A DNA stretch of 57,705 bases, the filler included, from Sphacelaria rigidula (lineage: Eukaryota), in the NCBI GenBank assembly GCA_964200075.2. It is 9 parts of 9 records of this genome, joined end to end, with 100 filler letters (N's around TTAATTAATTAA, not from the genome) between each part and the next. Parts side by side here need not be neighbours in the genome. Positions count along the whole stretch, not along the records: positions 1 to 6,323 come from CAXNAA020020784.1; positions 6,424 to 12,746 come from CAXNAA020020785.1; 7 more parts are not named here. One strand, given 5' to 3'. Position numbers and translations under genes: made by a program. Below are positions 1-11,470 of this stretch, piece by piece (the stretch's first letter is position 1; the number at the start of each line of letters is the position of its first letter). The notes beneath the pieces are model-generated. The model did no database searches. It saw only the letters and a program-made list of their open reading frames with translations, and was not told the origin of the DNA.

Positions 1-529
1 TTCAGCAGATCATACTCCCCCCCGCTCTACCGTCAGAACCTTTGGTCAAGCGGTTCGTCACAATCTCCCCTCCACACCCCCCCCCCCCCCCCACCCGAGC
101 CAAAGCATTATTTGGGCCCAAAATTCCTGCAACGTTCCCAACCACCATCGTTCCCCCAAGGAACCCCCACGCGAGGAACACGACGGGCTGAGCCAGAGAC
201 ATCAGGAGAGCACTCCTCATCCCATGACCGTGTTTCACGCATGCCGACCTGTTCTTAATTCACAACATCAAGAGACTGATTTGTCTATTCGAATTGAGCA
301 TCCATCTCGCTTCCCTCGCCCACCACACCAAAATTATCTTCCAACACGTTTTTCACACACAGCAAGTCCATGCTCGGTCGCTTTCCCCCCGCCCTCTCCT
401 CTCCCTGAATCTGCAACCTGCTGCCCAAAATTTCAGGTGCTTTGCAAGCTTTGCGACTATTTTCGACATATTTTTTCAAAATTTTCCCCATCTCGAACAC
501 CACATACTATTTGTTTGGAAACAAACCCC

Positions 530-874
530 TCATACTCTAGGCTTTTTAAACGGGCCCTGGTTACTCCGAGTACCGCCTGTTCCACCGGCACCCTCACCGC
601 CGCCGCGGCCGGGCATGCGTAACAAGGGCGCCGGCTCTCGAGCCTGTACAGCCTCCGCCATGAGATCCAGAGCGCTGCTCACGCCTCGCGGCGGTGAAAA
701 ATGAATATACTGGTCTCCCATAACCGAGGCGTTCCGGACAGGCGACATGGCACTCGCTGAAAAGCTCGCCGGGGTTGCACCAGCCCCGCGGCTGCCGCCG
801 CCGGAGGCCCCGCGAGGGGAGCCGCCTGTGGAAGGTGTCGTTGCCGCCCTTGGTCGAGACGAGGCCGCCAGGGC
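530..874 (-). CDS. Terminal coding exon of probable DDT/WHIM-type chromatin-remodelling accessory protein
   Basis: Pyrimidine-rich tract then ctgtag acceptor; phase 0 matches the upstream donor. Reads ALAASSRPRAATTP...SSALDLMAEA...PFKKPRV to TGA at 530-532. Confidence 0.75.
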   Translation of the reverse strand, partial: ALAASSRPRAATTPSTGGSPRGASGGGSRGAGATPASFSASAMSPVRNASVMGDQYIHFSPPRGVSSALDLMAEAVQAREPAPLLRMPGRGGGEGAGGTGGTRSNQGPFKKPRV

Positions 875-1359
875 CTACAGCGGTTTGGGAAGGATGGACG
901 CAACCATGTACCGGGATGGCCAAGGGGGGAATGATGGGCGGGGCGGGCGGGGCGGGGCGGGGCGGAGTAAGTGCTTCGTTTTCTCCAATTGTTGAGTCGT
1001 GGTCCTTCGACGCATGAACTTTTGAACGTTTTCGTTCCTGTCATGAGTAGAAAATTGTGGTCTGTTGATCCTTGGTCGTCCTCACTATCGTTTTTACTGC
1101 GATGATGCCTCAACTGAACAAAACATGGGAAACGGGTGCATCCTCCCGATGAAGGCGGGGAACAAGGGAGCGTAAACATGCAGCTTTTTATCGTCAGATA
1201 TGAAACCTTAAGCACTGGTCATGGCGATTTCGCTCGAAATACTGGACAGTCGATCCTTCAACGAAAACAGGAACGTGGTCTATTGTCCAGTGGGCATGTT
1301 GATTGCGGGAAAGAAAAAAAAACTTCCAACATCCGTTGCTAATCCACACCGTAACTCAC

Positions 1360-3849
1360 CATTATATCTAGAGCACCCTTAGGCGACATTCCATGAGCGG
1401 GTGGCGTCATGGGAGCTGCCGATGCACTCCCGCCTCCCAGACCGCTCAAGAACTCCCGAGACCGGTGGGTGGCGATCGCAGGCGTCATCAAAGCTGCTGC
1501 ATGTCCATTGACGGCGTGCTGACTCATTGGCACTTGTCGCGCTCCAACTCCTTTCCGGCTGATGGCCAGCCCCGAGGCCGCCTCAAGCTCGGCGGCCGTT
1601 CTCTTACGCCCAGCGATTTTCAATGCTGGTGCGGCCACCGCGGCTCCTTCTCTTCCGGTTCCCTCGACCTTTGCGCGTGCCGCTGCTGGGCTTTTCAATA
1701 AAAAGCCGGAGGCGCTTGGAGCGGAGGCATACCCGCCGGCGGGATCCGGATTGTTCGACCATGACGAGGCAGACCGTTTGGCGCTCATGTCTCCTATCGC
1801 ACTACTGTTGCTTCTGCGGCCGCTGCCTCCGCCAACGTTATCGCTACCTTCAACGTTACCCTCCCCACGACCAACGCTGCTGGCACCGCTGCCGGTGCCT
1901 TTTCCCCCTCCGATACCCTTTTCGTTTGGCTTCCTCTTCTTCCGCGAAGCCGAGACGTCTCCGTTCGTCCCGATAGCGGGCGCCGCCTGCAAAGCACCTT
2001 CTTTGCTCGGCGCAGGATCATTCATAACTCGCATACCATCACCGGACTTGACGGGTGCCGCGGTGATGGACGCTTCTGTCGGTAGCCGTGGCTTAGGCGC
2101 TGTCCTAGGTGCCGTGGTAGCCGGATCGGAGGCACGTGAGGTGCTGCTGTTGCTGGTTTCTGCAGCATTCCCAGCGGTGACATCGGGGATGACCAGGCTG
2201 CTCCGCTCCTGCTCCTTGGGCTTCTTCACGCGCAAGGCAGCAGCAGGTGTTGAACTGTCATCGTGTGACGGGGATTTGATCTTCTTCACGTCCTTGCCGG
2301 AACCAAAAGTCGCGACCGCGACCGCGTCCACCATCTCCTGAGCATCTGTACCACGAGAAGCTGACATGCTATCGCCGGGTCCAGGTTCAGCGGACGGGGC
2401 GGGCACCTGGGACGCGGACGGAGTGACGATGGCAGTCTCAGAACACGCTGCTCTGCTAGACACCTTCAACGGCTGCACCAATGATGGACGCTCGGTTCTC
2501 CTTTTCTGAGACGACGTGGCAGAGGGCGCGAGCTCATTTTCACCAGTCGCCGCCGCCGCGGTAGCAGCAGCAGCACACGCAGTTTCAACGACGGCGCCAG
2601 GAATGTCTATTCTGGGCGCCACCAACGCCGGCCCGCCGGTAGTGGTGGTCATGGTGTGTACCGCAGCTTCACAAGCTTTCCGCGGCTCCACCTTCCCTTG
2701 CTCCTTTCGTGCGTCGGAAGCTGGTTTCGGAGCGGAGGTGTTCTCTCGAAACCTCTTGCTCGTGGGCTCCAGCCAGCCACGCACGCCGCCACCGGAGGTG
2801 GAGACGGAGGAGCTCGCGTCGGGGGTAGTGGTAGTAGAGTTACCGCTATCGCCGCACATCCCGATCTTCTTGGACGTAGGGCCCTTTGCAGCTGCTGGCA
2901 TCTTGTTCTTACCACTATGTTGTTGGGAGGACCGCGTCGGAGTCTGTCCAACGACGGCCGATTCGCCTCGCTCTGTACGCCGCCTCTTACCGAGGCGAGA
3001 AGGCGGGACAGAACTAGTTTGTTGCTTCGGTTCCTCTTCTCGCATAGACGAGGGGGGCGAGGGTGGCGCGGACGGTGGTGAAGCCGTCGCGGTTGTAGCG
3101 GTGCCGGTGTCCGATCGCACCACTTGTCCCACATTGTTAGCAGGAGTTCCGGAAGCCAGCCCTCTCTTCGCATCCGAAGCATGCTCCTGCTCGGCGTCCT
3201 TCCGCTGGTCGGGCTTGGTCGGGTCGTTCCTCGATTCGCGTCTGCGCTTGCTGTTTCCTTGACCTGTACTCTCTTGCTTATCGACACTCTTCTCCCGCTT
3301 CTTCTCATCCACTTCCCCTCCATTACCCTGCGCGACACTCCCATTTTCCTCACCCTCCTTGTCCATCACTTCAACCCCTTCGGCCGAGGCTTCCAACATC
3401 GCCGCTTCGGGCGCTTGTCCCTCCGGCTTTGCGTCACCACTACCACCAACACCGCTTTCACCCCCACGCATTTTCCCTTGCTCTCTCGTCCCCCGGGCTG
3501 TAGCCACAGGAATGCCGTCGGACCGCGTTGTGGTGGACCGTTCATCATCCATACCACCAACATCATCAGGAGCAGCGGCAGCGGCGTCCATCTCGACAGC
3601 GCCGCCACCCCCGGCATCTTCAGCAGTAACGCTGCCGTTGTTGCTCACATTCCTGTCCACGCCACCGCCGGCGCCGCCGTCGTCGCCGTCGCCATCACCA
3701 AGTGTGTCGTCTGCCGCGGTACTCTGCGCAGCATCAAAGCCACCTTCGCCATCGGGGTGAGACGGCGAGCGAGGAGGATGTGGCGCCGCTGACGAGTCGT
3801 CCACCTTAGACTCTTCGGACCTGGCTTCTGTCCACCTCGAGGTACCTCG
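1360..3849 (-). CDS. Large 2490-nt exon encoding a low-complexity, probably disordered region of the same protein
   Basis: Lies within the 902-aa ORF 1339..4047. Acceptor ttcgcag|CGA at 3849 and donor ATG|gtgagt at 1360, both phase 0 and consistent with neighbouring exons. Ser/Ala/Gly/Pro rich with basic NLS-like clusters (SKRRRE, GKRRRT, RKKRKP). Confidence 0.8.
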
Positions 3850-4572
3850 CTGCGAAGGGGGCCAACGAACGGGCGCAGTGGGGATGCGGGTGGGGGAAGG
3901 AAGATGGGAGAGGCCGGTGGGCGCATGCACGGGCGAAGTCAGGGAGCATCGCGAGATTGAACCATGTCGACAATTTTCCGAGTGTGAGAACGTGAAGGCA
4001 TAGTTTTTGTAATAACTGAACGGCGAATGATGAGCGTCGTCAACCATGTTGAGCGGGGCTTTTGCTGAAGGAACCCCGCGTGTCGTGCATGAGCCATGTG
4101 TAGCATACTGAAGAAACGACCATACTAAAACACCACGGCAAGCCTACTTCTGGAGTGTGCGGATAGGCAGCGCGTATCACTGAGTTGAGTTGAGTTGAGA
4201 CCAACATGAACAATCCGCGCCGGCCCCACAATGAAACGAACAAAAATGTAAATAACAACGACGGTGGTACACTTGAAACTCCAAACAGGCAGCAGGGGAC
4301 GCCATGGCAACGCCACTACCTACAGATGCATGAAAGAGGGAGCGAGCTACCACCACCCCAACGCCACTCAAGTCTCCAAGAGAGTGCAGCGGCATATCGG
4401 CAAGCGCGGCGGCGTCAGGCACCAGTAGATGGGAATAGACCCAATCAACAGTACATTTTTCTCGTTCTCTGCCGCCAGCGCACCTTCTATAACTCTCAGG
4501 TTGGGCATACTTGGGATTTTCCCACGTTTGAAAAAGAGGGTAGGTGAAAAAAAAGGGAGGACCGCAACTCAC

Positions 4573-4704
4573 GGTCAAACGGCCGCTTCGCCTCTTCGGG
4601 GCCATCGCCAAGAGAGCTTTCTTCTCCCGGTTAGCCTCGGCCACCTTTCGCTTCTCCTCCTTTTCCTCTATTTCCTCGATGTACGTCTTCATAATACCGA
4701 CTTC
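4573..4704 (-). CDS. Internal exon, charged helix ending in a KRRSGRL motif
   Basis: cccgcag acceptor, gtgagt donor, 132 nt, phase 0/0: EVGIMKTYIEEIEEKEEKRKVAEANREKKALLAMAPKRRSGRLT. Confidence 0.8.
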
Positions 4705-5793
4705 CTGCGGGATGATCACGCGCGACAGCCCCCCCAGACAACACAACAGCCGGACATAAGATCAAGAAAAGGGGCAGTGTACTCACACAGGAACCCACTG
4801 CTCACAAGACGGTCGCGATTCCCGTTGAGTGACGACTCTTGTTCTTATTGCTACTGTTGTTATTTCTCGCATCAGCCCCTTCCCATCATTCTCCCGCCCG
4901 CGGTCACAAAGCAGTGGCACAACACAGAAGAAAAGGGAGGAAAAAAAGACACAGTACGCCCACAAACATGAAAACACGGCGCCTCGCAGGGCGAGGTTCT
5001 ACCAACACGTTATCGAAAACATGTATTTTACAGAGACACATCGTGACATAATGAAATAGTCGGCCAACCCCCAGTTATCATCATATCTTCCGGCATCTCA
5101 AGTCAGGGAAGGGAAACTTCGCGGGTGAAGGTTGAAGGTTGCTCCCTTACGGTACTGCGCACAGCACCTTGCCACGTACGTAGCGCTCCTTTCCGCACGG
5201 TGCATGAACTCAAAACGGCACCCGGTGTCCTCTTATCTTCCATAAGTGCTCACAGCTGTCACCACAGCAAAAACACGCGAGCCAGTTGGGTCTAATAACA
5301 ACCACGACGGGCGGTACTTCTTTGCGATGATATTCATCTACTCGACCGCAACGATCATCTTTTCAAGGAAAAATGAGGGGAAAAAACACGAAAATAAGAG
5401 GTAAATTGTCAATAGTTCAGTACACGTAGCACCACATCTCAAGAACCTCTTCTTTAGCGTGAGGCTCGAGAAAGTTACGACGTCTGCGGGCTACTCACTG
5501 CCACCATACATACAGGTTTAGAATTTAGCGTGCGGTTCTTGTTCAGAAATCACAATTTTGCGATCAAATTCTTATATTTTCAAAACTTTGAGGCTCAAGT
5601 TTCCTGGTTGCCAAGGTTGTTGAGAGGCACTGTACCGGGGAGAGATGGGTTGATCCCTCGATACCACGGATTCGTCCCGAGGACGGGGAGGGGTTCGAAG
5701 CCCGACAAATAAATTAATTAATTAATGCTACATGTGAACCACACCAAAAACAACGAAAAAGAGACAGACGCGACTGCTACTCATTACCCGCAC

Positions 5794-5907
5794 CTCAACC
5801 AGAAACGCCCTCAGCCTCGCATCGTCCTCCTCGTTCTTCGACTTGGACCTGCCCAGCGCCTTGGCCAGCTTGGACATACCTTCGATGTCATCTGCCACCA
5901 ACTCCAT
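5794..5907 (-). CDS. Internal exon resembling the WHIM3/WSD-region helices of DDT-WHIM proteins (Ioc3/RSF1/CECR2-like); upstream exons not in this contig
   Basis: cttag acceptor, gtgcgg donor, 114 nt, phase 0/0: MELVADDIEGMSKLAKALGRSKSKNEEDDARLRAFLVE. Joined to the next exon it fits the pattern ELV...L...S....E..L..FL.E....IEE.EEK......K.LL..KRS.RL that I recall from that family. The family call is by eye. Confidence 0.65.
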
Positions 5908-6189
5908 CTAAGATGCAGCACACTCACATGCGCGCAAGAGAGAGAGAGAGGGAGACGGAAGCAGTGGACATACGTAGGTCAAGCGTAAGCAACCACAGTC
6001 GACAAGAAACGCGCGCACACGCGTACAACCAAATTGTTCCTTGGCACAACATACCCTCGTACCTCAGCTACACTAGTCGGTCTCACACAGGCTGTTAATC
6101 AAACATCATGTGGAACAAAAATGAAATAAAGTAAGACAGACACTTTCTACGATAGCCCCCCCCCCTCCCAAAAAAAAAGTGGCTGATTT

Positions 6190-6270
6190 GCTCCGTCTCG
6201 AAGGGGATGCATGGTCAATGGTCAAACGACTAAGGCACGCAACAAATAAGAACGACCCCCCCACACCCAA
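6190..6270 (+). repeat. Partial copy of dispersed repeat family B
   Basis: gctccgtctcgaaggggatgcatggtcaatggtcaaacgactaaggcacgcaacaaataagaacgacccccc matches 22870-22950 and 45520-45560. Confidence 0.8.
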
Positions 6271-6323
6271 CAGCAAAAGAATCAACAGAAAATGAACACC
6301 AAACCAAAAAAAAAAGAAAAAAA

Positions 6324-6423
6324 NNNNNNNNNNNNNNNNNNNNNNNNNNNNNNNNNNNNNNNNNNNNTTAATTAATTAANNNNNNNNNNNNNNNNNNNNN
6401 NNNNNNNNNNNNNNNNNNNNNNN
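6324..6423. other. Artificial contig linker (first of eight; also 12747-12846, 19170-19269, 25593-25692, 32016-32115, 38439-38538, 44862-44961, 51284-51383)
   Basis: Identical N44-TTAATTAATTAA-N44, which gives stops in all six frames, separating segments of 6323 or 6322 bp. Confidence 0.98.
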
Positions 6424-6485
6424 AACCCCCCAACTCAACCATCAGAAGGTTACGAGGTTACCAACTGAGCCACCGGGGCGACCGG
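6424..6485 (-). mobile_element. 5' head fragment of tRNA-derived SINE family A, cut by contig start
   Basis: Reverse complement reads ccggtcgccccggtggctcagttggtaacctcgtaaccttctgatggttg, matching 28676 onward. Confidence 0.8.
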
Positions 6486-7658
6486 GTGGTTTACGGAAAA
6501 ACTGCAAAACACTCATCGGAAAAACTTCACGCCGTTTTAAGGAGTTGGACCCTGAAATGTTGCACAACTGTGCCATGGGTCAGTACGCAACTTTCCAAGA
6601 TCGTTTTTTTTTTACTTTTTAATTTTTTTCGCCGTTTTTTCGGGGAAACTTCGATCCAGTCGGACCCCCGTGAAACGGAGAAAACGAAAAAATAAAAACT
6701 CGTCCATACGAAGGTGGGTTATGACCCATTGGACAGTTGTGCACAATTTCAGGGTCTAGCTCCTTGAAACGGCGTGAAGTTTTTCGCGTTTGTGCGATTA
6801 ATCTTGCCGTGCCACGGTGAAACGGCAAAGTACTAGATTTTATTATGAGAAGGGCGTTTTGGGCCTTTTTGACGTGCACATGAACATTTAAGCACCACTT
6901 AATCGAGTTTGGCCACGAAACTTTGTGGGGTTCTTCCTTGAGGGTTTCCGACGACAGAGCGTTCGCGAAAAAACTGAAACAAATACCGTAGTGCCGGGTT
7001 TCCGGGGTCCCAGAATGGACGACTTCGAAAAAACGCCCAACCACTTGGTTTGAGTATGAAAACATCTTTCAGGGTGAATTTTACGTCAAGGCAGGAAAAA
7101 TTGTGTGAGATTTTCGAGTTTCTCCACCAAACTTCGTACATTTGTTTCTCGGATCATTCCGGGACGCATCATGTTAATTTTTTCCCTTTGAATCATTCTG
7201 TACCTCCTTCCGGGGGTCTTTGTATTGGGATCCCCCGAAAGTCGGTAGAGAACGGAGAAAAATTGAACCCTCGACAAGACCACAATTTTAACATTTGGAG
7301 CATGAAAACCTACGAACTGCCAAGTTTGAGGATGATCTGAGCTTTTCTACAACAGATATAGGGGAAATAGTAACGAGGCTTCCTGAGTTTTTCCTGCGTA
7401 CTATGAGTGGAAATTACACGACGCCAAACTCGACATCACCGAAACATTACGGTTTCGGGTATAATTCGACCCCGTTGAAACCGTTTTCAAATCCTATTCT
7501 CCCGTTAGATTCTTGAGGTGATGGCGATCACTACGATGTGAAGCATGTAGAGATTCGGTACAAACTGGGCTTGGAATTCGTATTTTCAATTTCGGAATAG
7601 TTTGAAAGGCGCTGATTGGACGTGACGCATTTTTGTCCATAGCGCCACCGCTATAGCC

Positions 7659-7764
7659 TTAACCATTAGACCGCGAGGTTAGTCTTCTGTTGAATCGGCA
7701 TCAATTTCAAGTGAAAAAACGTATGCATGATCCAGAAAGACTAATCTCCCGGTCTAAGGGTTAA
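7659..7764. mobile_element. piggyBac-type MITE (98 bp plus TTAA at each side)
   Basis: TTAA-CCATTAGACCGCGAG...CTCCCGGTCTAAGGG-TTAA; nearly identical to 53334-53439. Confidence 0.85.
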
Positions 7765-7769
7765 ACAAA

Positions 7770-8883
7770 AACCCGGCTGTCACCCTCTTCGTCTGTTCAT
7801 TGCGGTCAGTATATTACCATGTATGCGACTACTAGGGGCGTATTGCTGAAGACATTTGCTGATGACAGAATTTGGGTTTTGTACGTGAACCAGCCTGTAT
7901 TTCTATCATGTTTCTTACTCTTGCCTTGTACCCCACGCCTTCATCTGTAGACAGTATTTGGTCTTCGTTTCCTCGTGTCTCCTCCCATATTTTCTCAACC
8001 TCTCTATCCCACCTTATTCCAGCCTCCCTTTCGTACGCTTCTTCCATAATGCTCCATCAACTATAGCTGGCAGTTTCTTCCTCTGCATGTTCTTTACGCT
8101 ATATTGTCATCGCAATATCCTCATGTCTCTGCTTGGTTTGAGGGAGTACGTTTCCAACTGTGCTCTCAAAGCTGTATTGCTCGTCGTTTTCGAGCACCCA
8201 AGTGTCTTCCTAGCTGCTGCCATCTGTACTGTTTCTAACGTCTTCACCAACTTCACGTTCCCCTCCCATACTCCTCCTGTATACTCCAGCTTTGGTACGA
8301 TCACGTTCGTCAGGATACATCTCTCAGTCGTAGTGTCTAGGTGCGGGTCTCCAAGGATCACGTCTCATCTGTGCCTTACCCTTTTCTATTACTTTATTCA
8401 TGTATCCAATCCAAGAACAGTGTTTTGAGATCTCTACGCCAAGGTATGCACACTGGTCTACGATCGGCAGTTCCTCTTCTCCCCACTCCCAAATGAACTC
8501 TACCGGATTTTCTCATCTTGGTCACAGACGAGTACCGCGCATTTGCTTACATTCGGTATCACTCTCCATTTCCTACTGTATTCTAGCGCCTTTTCTAATT
8601 GTTTTTGCAATCCTGCTGGTGTTTCTTTAATCCCCACAAAATCATTTGCGAACATCAAACCTGACATTACATTTTTATCCACCTTGACTCCTTGCTCTAC
8701 TGCTTCTATCGCTGATATCAAGTCTTCAATAATTTCCTTGAATAGAGGGAGTGATAACGTACATCTGGTGCAATTTCTTGTAACATAAAAAGATTCTGAT
8801 GTTTACCCATCCAGCATCATGACACGTTTCGTACATTTTGTCATCTTATTCACCATTCTCCACATTTTCCCTCTGACCCCATT
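7770..8883 (-). mobile_element. Decayed non-LTR retrotransposon (LINE), 3' part of ORF2 reverse transcriptase
   Basis: Frameshifted pieces GVRGKMWRMV..., GLMFANDFVG (FADD motif with D>N), KWRVIPNVSKCAVL, YLGVEI, VIVPKLEYTGGVW...LETVQMAAARKTLGCSKTTSNTALRAQL. Confidence 0.9.
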
Positions 8884-9639
8884 TGTTGAATTACTCTCAC
8901 TCGATGAGGTTCACGGATGTGAACAGGGCTTCCCAGTTTCACACGCTGGAGCTATTGATAGCTCACACAGCAGTCGAGCGGGTCTCGATGATGGAGATAC
9001 TTGAAACGTCTTGTATTTATCGAAAAACCCTGATCCCTAACTTACGCAAAGTGATTTTCCCCGCATTCTATGCTCCACCGAGGAGTGGACGTAGACGGCA
9101 GTAAGTTGACTGTCGGAAGGAAGTGAGGAAAAGGGGGGGCTGGTTTGCATGCCTCGATCTTGCTATCGCTCGACGTCTGGAAAATCGCTAGGAAAATCAT
9201 CCGTGGTAATCTCGACGTCTCTTGTTCTCGAATAACTTTTATTCCTGGAACGTACTGCCGCCGCGCTCCGATGGTGTAATGGTCCGACTGTCGCCATTAG
9301 GGTGGAGAGAACAGGGGTTTGATTCCCGACGCGTTGAGTTTTTCTCCGTACTGTATGATTTCCACCGTGAAAAGCATGAGAACGTGAGTGAACAAAGTAG
9401 TCGACTGGGTCTGTGTCACGTGAGTTTACGCGGTGCGGAAGTGCTGACCCAATCCGCGAGACCAACATGCAAGGCACGTAGCGGGGGAGAGATGGGCTAC
9501 TCCCTTGAAACCACGGATTCATCGCGAGGAAGGGGAGGGGTTTGAAGTGTGAGAGATTTTTTTTTTTTTTCACAAATAATGCCTACGGGTGAATCTACCA
9601 AATTGACCGAGTACATGGTATAGTACGTACTCCTTAACG
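8884..9639 (-). repeat. 3' LTR of copia element 1 (about 756 bp), inserted into the LINE
   Basis: Follows the RNase H end and a purine-rich tract (gacgggga). Starts CGTT (TG decayed) and ends TTCAACA exactly where LINE coding sequence resumes at 8883. Confidence 0.7.
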
Positions 9640-9689
9640 TCCCCGTCGGCTCAACAAATTGGACACGCTACAGTACATTCTCTCTGGAG

Positions 9690-11470
9690 TTTCAGAACCA
9701 TTCATCAGAAAATGAGCATGTCCCTCGAAGGTCTTCACGTCTAATGCTTTGGTAAGGACGTCCGCGTGTTGCTCTCTTGAGTTCACGTATTCCACACGGA
9801 TGACGTCGCTATCGACGGCGTCCCTAACGACGTGGTGTTTGACTTCGATGTGCCTTGTCCGTCAGCTGCTGAAACGGTTGTTTGCCGTTTTAATAGTGCC
9901 CTAATTGTCCTCGTGACGAGGGATCCTGGTGTCAACCGGCGGTGCTATGAAGTGTTTTACCCGTCTAGGGAAGCGCAGTGCGTTGGTTGCTCCTGCGAGC
10001 GAGATGTACTCTGACTGTGATGTAGCCGAAGCGGTGGGCTCCTGTGCCCGGGAGAACCAGCTGATGGCGCCTCCGGCCAACATGAACGCTGCTCCTGACA
10101 CCGAACGACGGGTATCCGGGCAGGTCGCGTGGTCCGCGTTGATCCACGCGGAAAGCTTGGTGTCGTTCCTGGATGTTCCTCCGTACACGATCCCGCAGTC
10201 TGTGGTGCGCTTCCAGTAGTGCATGACCTTCATAACTGCTTTCCAGTGTGCCGGTCCCGGGTTGTCGCTGAACGTGGCGACGTTGTGTGCTGCGAAGCAT
10301 AGATCGGGCCTTGTTACGGTGGCAATCCACATCAGTGCTCCCACCGCCTCTCGGTAGGGGATACCCCGAATCTCGTTCACTTCGTCTTTGTTTTCTCATC
10401 CGTTTGTCTTCGAGAGTGCAGCTGCTCAAGCAGCAACCGGAATCTTGCTCGTTTTAACGATCTTGAAACGCTCGATCAATTTCTTCGCGTACTGGCGTTG
10501 GTCAAGATTCACCGTTCCAACCTTGCGGTCCCAGGAGACGTGGCACCCGAAGTAGTGTGAGATTTTCCCCAGGTCTTTGATGGGGGAAGTGTCGATTAGC
10601 AGATCTGCGAGTGCCTATTCTTCGTCCTTCTTCGTATTGCTGACCAGGAGAAGATCGTCCACGTAGACGACTATAATGACTGCCACGTAGCCTTCTCGCT
10701 TCTTGCGGTAGACGCAGGGGTCGGCTTGCGATCTCTCGAAACCCTTGCGGAGAACTTTTTCGCCGAATTTTATCGACCACAGAAGTCCTGCGTGCGCCAG
10801 GTCGCACACGGCCTTGTTCAGTCGTTCTACTTGGTTCTTGGACTGACGGTATCCGTCGGGTAGTTGAATGTAGATCCCTTTCTCGACATCCGCCTCGAGG
10901 TATGCCATAGTTACATTTAGTTGGCGTGCTTTCCAGTTCTGCGTCGCCATGAGCGCAAGTGCCATCCGGATGCTGGACTGCGCCGGTGTGGGAGAGGAGG
11001 ACTCCTGGTAGTGAATACCGCGTACCTAGCGGAAACCTTGGGCGACAAATCGGCACTTGTACTTTTCAATCTGCCCGTCCTCATTGATCTTCCTCTTGAA
11101 ACCTAGTCTCGTGCCAAAACACGTTTTGCCTTCGGGGCGGTCTACCGTTCCCCAAACCCCGCGAGAGAGCTGTCCCTCCATCTCGAGTTGCAAGGCTCCT
11201 CGCCACTGGGTCCATCGTCGGGACTGTTATGCCTGTTCCAGTGTTGTTGGTTCCTCTGGCAGCTCCCTTGGTGGTGTGACGATGGCTGCTGCTTCTTTGG
11301 CCATAGCATTCTCCACCTCCTTGGTCTCCTCGTCCGCGGTCTGAGCTTTCACTGCGGAACTGAGCAGCGCGGTCAGCCCTCCTGCACGTATACGTCGCAG
11401 TAGGATGGCTGGAGTTTCGCCCGTGTGGTAGCTTGACAATGTGCGTACCGCTGCGGTCGTGGGCGTGGTG
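9690..11470 (-). mobile_element. Ty1/copia element 1, decayed RT-RNase H, 5' truncated
   Basis: KYKCRFVAQGF, ARQLNVTMAYLEADVEKGIYIQLPDG, SQADPCVY, IIVVYVDDLLL, PYREAVGALMW, ADHATCPDTRRSVSG, SEYISL, HEDN, KHIEVKHH, ADVLTKAL, with stops and frameshifts. Confidence 0.95.

Noticed and set aside
1393..3792. Long plus-strand ORFs of up to 259 aa
   Set aside because: Antisense shadows of a GC-rich coding exon on the minus strand.
3850..4047. N-terminal part of the 902-aa ORF as the gene start
   Set aside because: A phase-compatible acceptor at 3849 and upstream exons indicate this stretch is intron.
6368..6379. TTAATTAATTAA recurring about every 6423 bp as a periodic biological signal
   Set aside because: It is always centred in 88 Ns, so it is an assembly linker. 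The N-free occurrence at 5714-5725 is most simply a short (AATT)n run.
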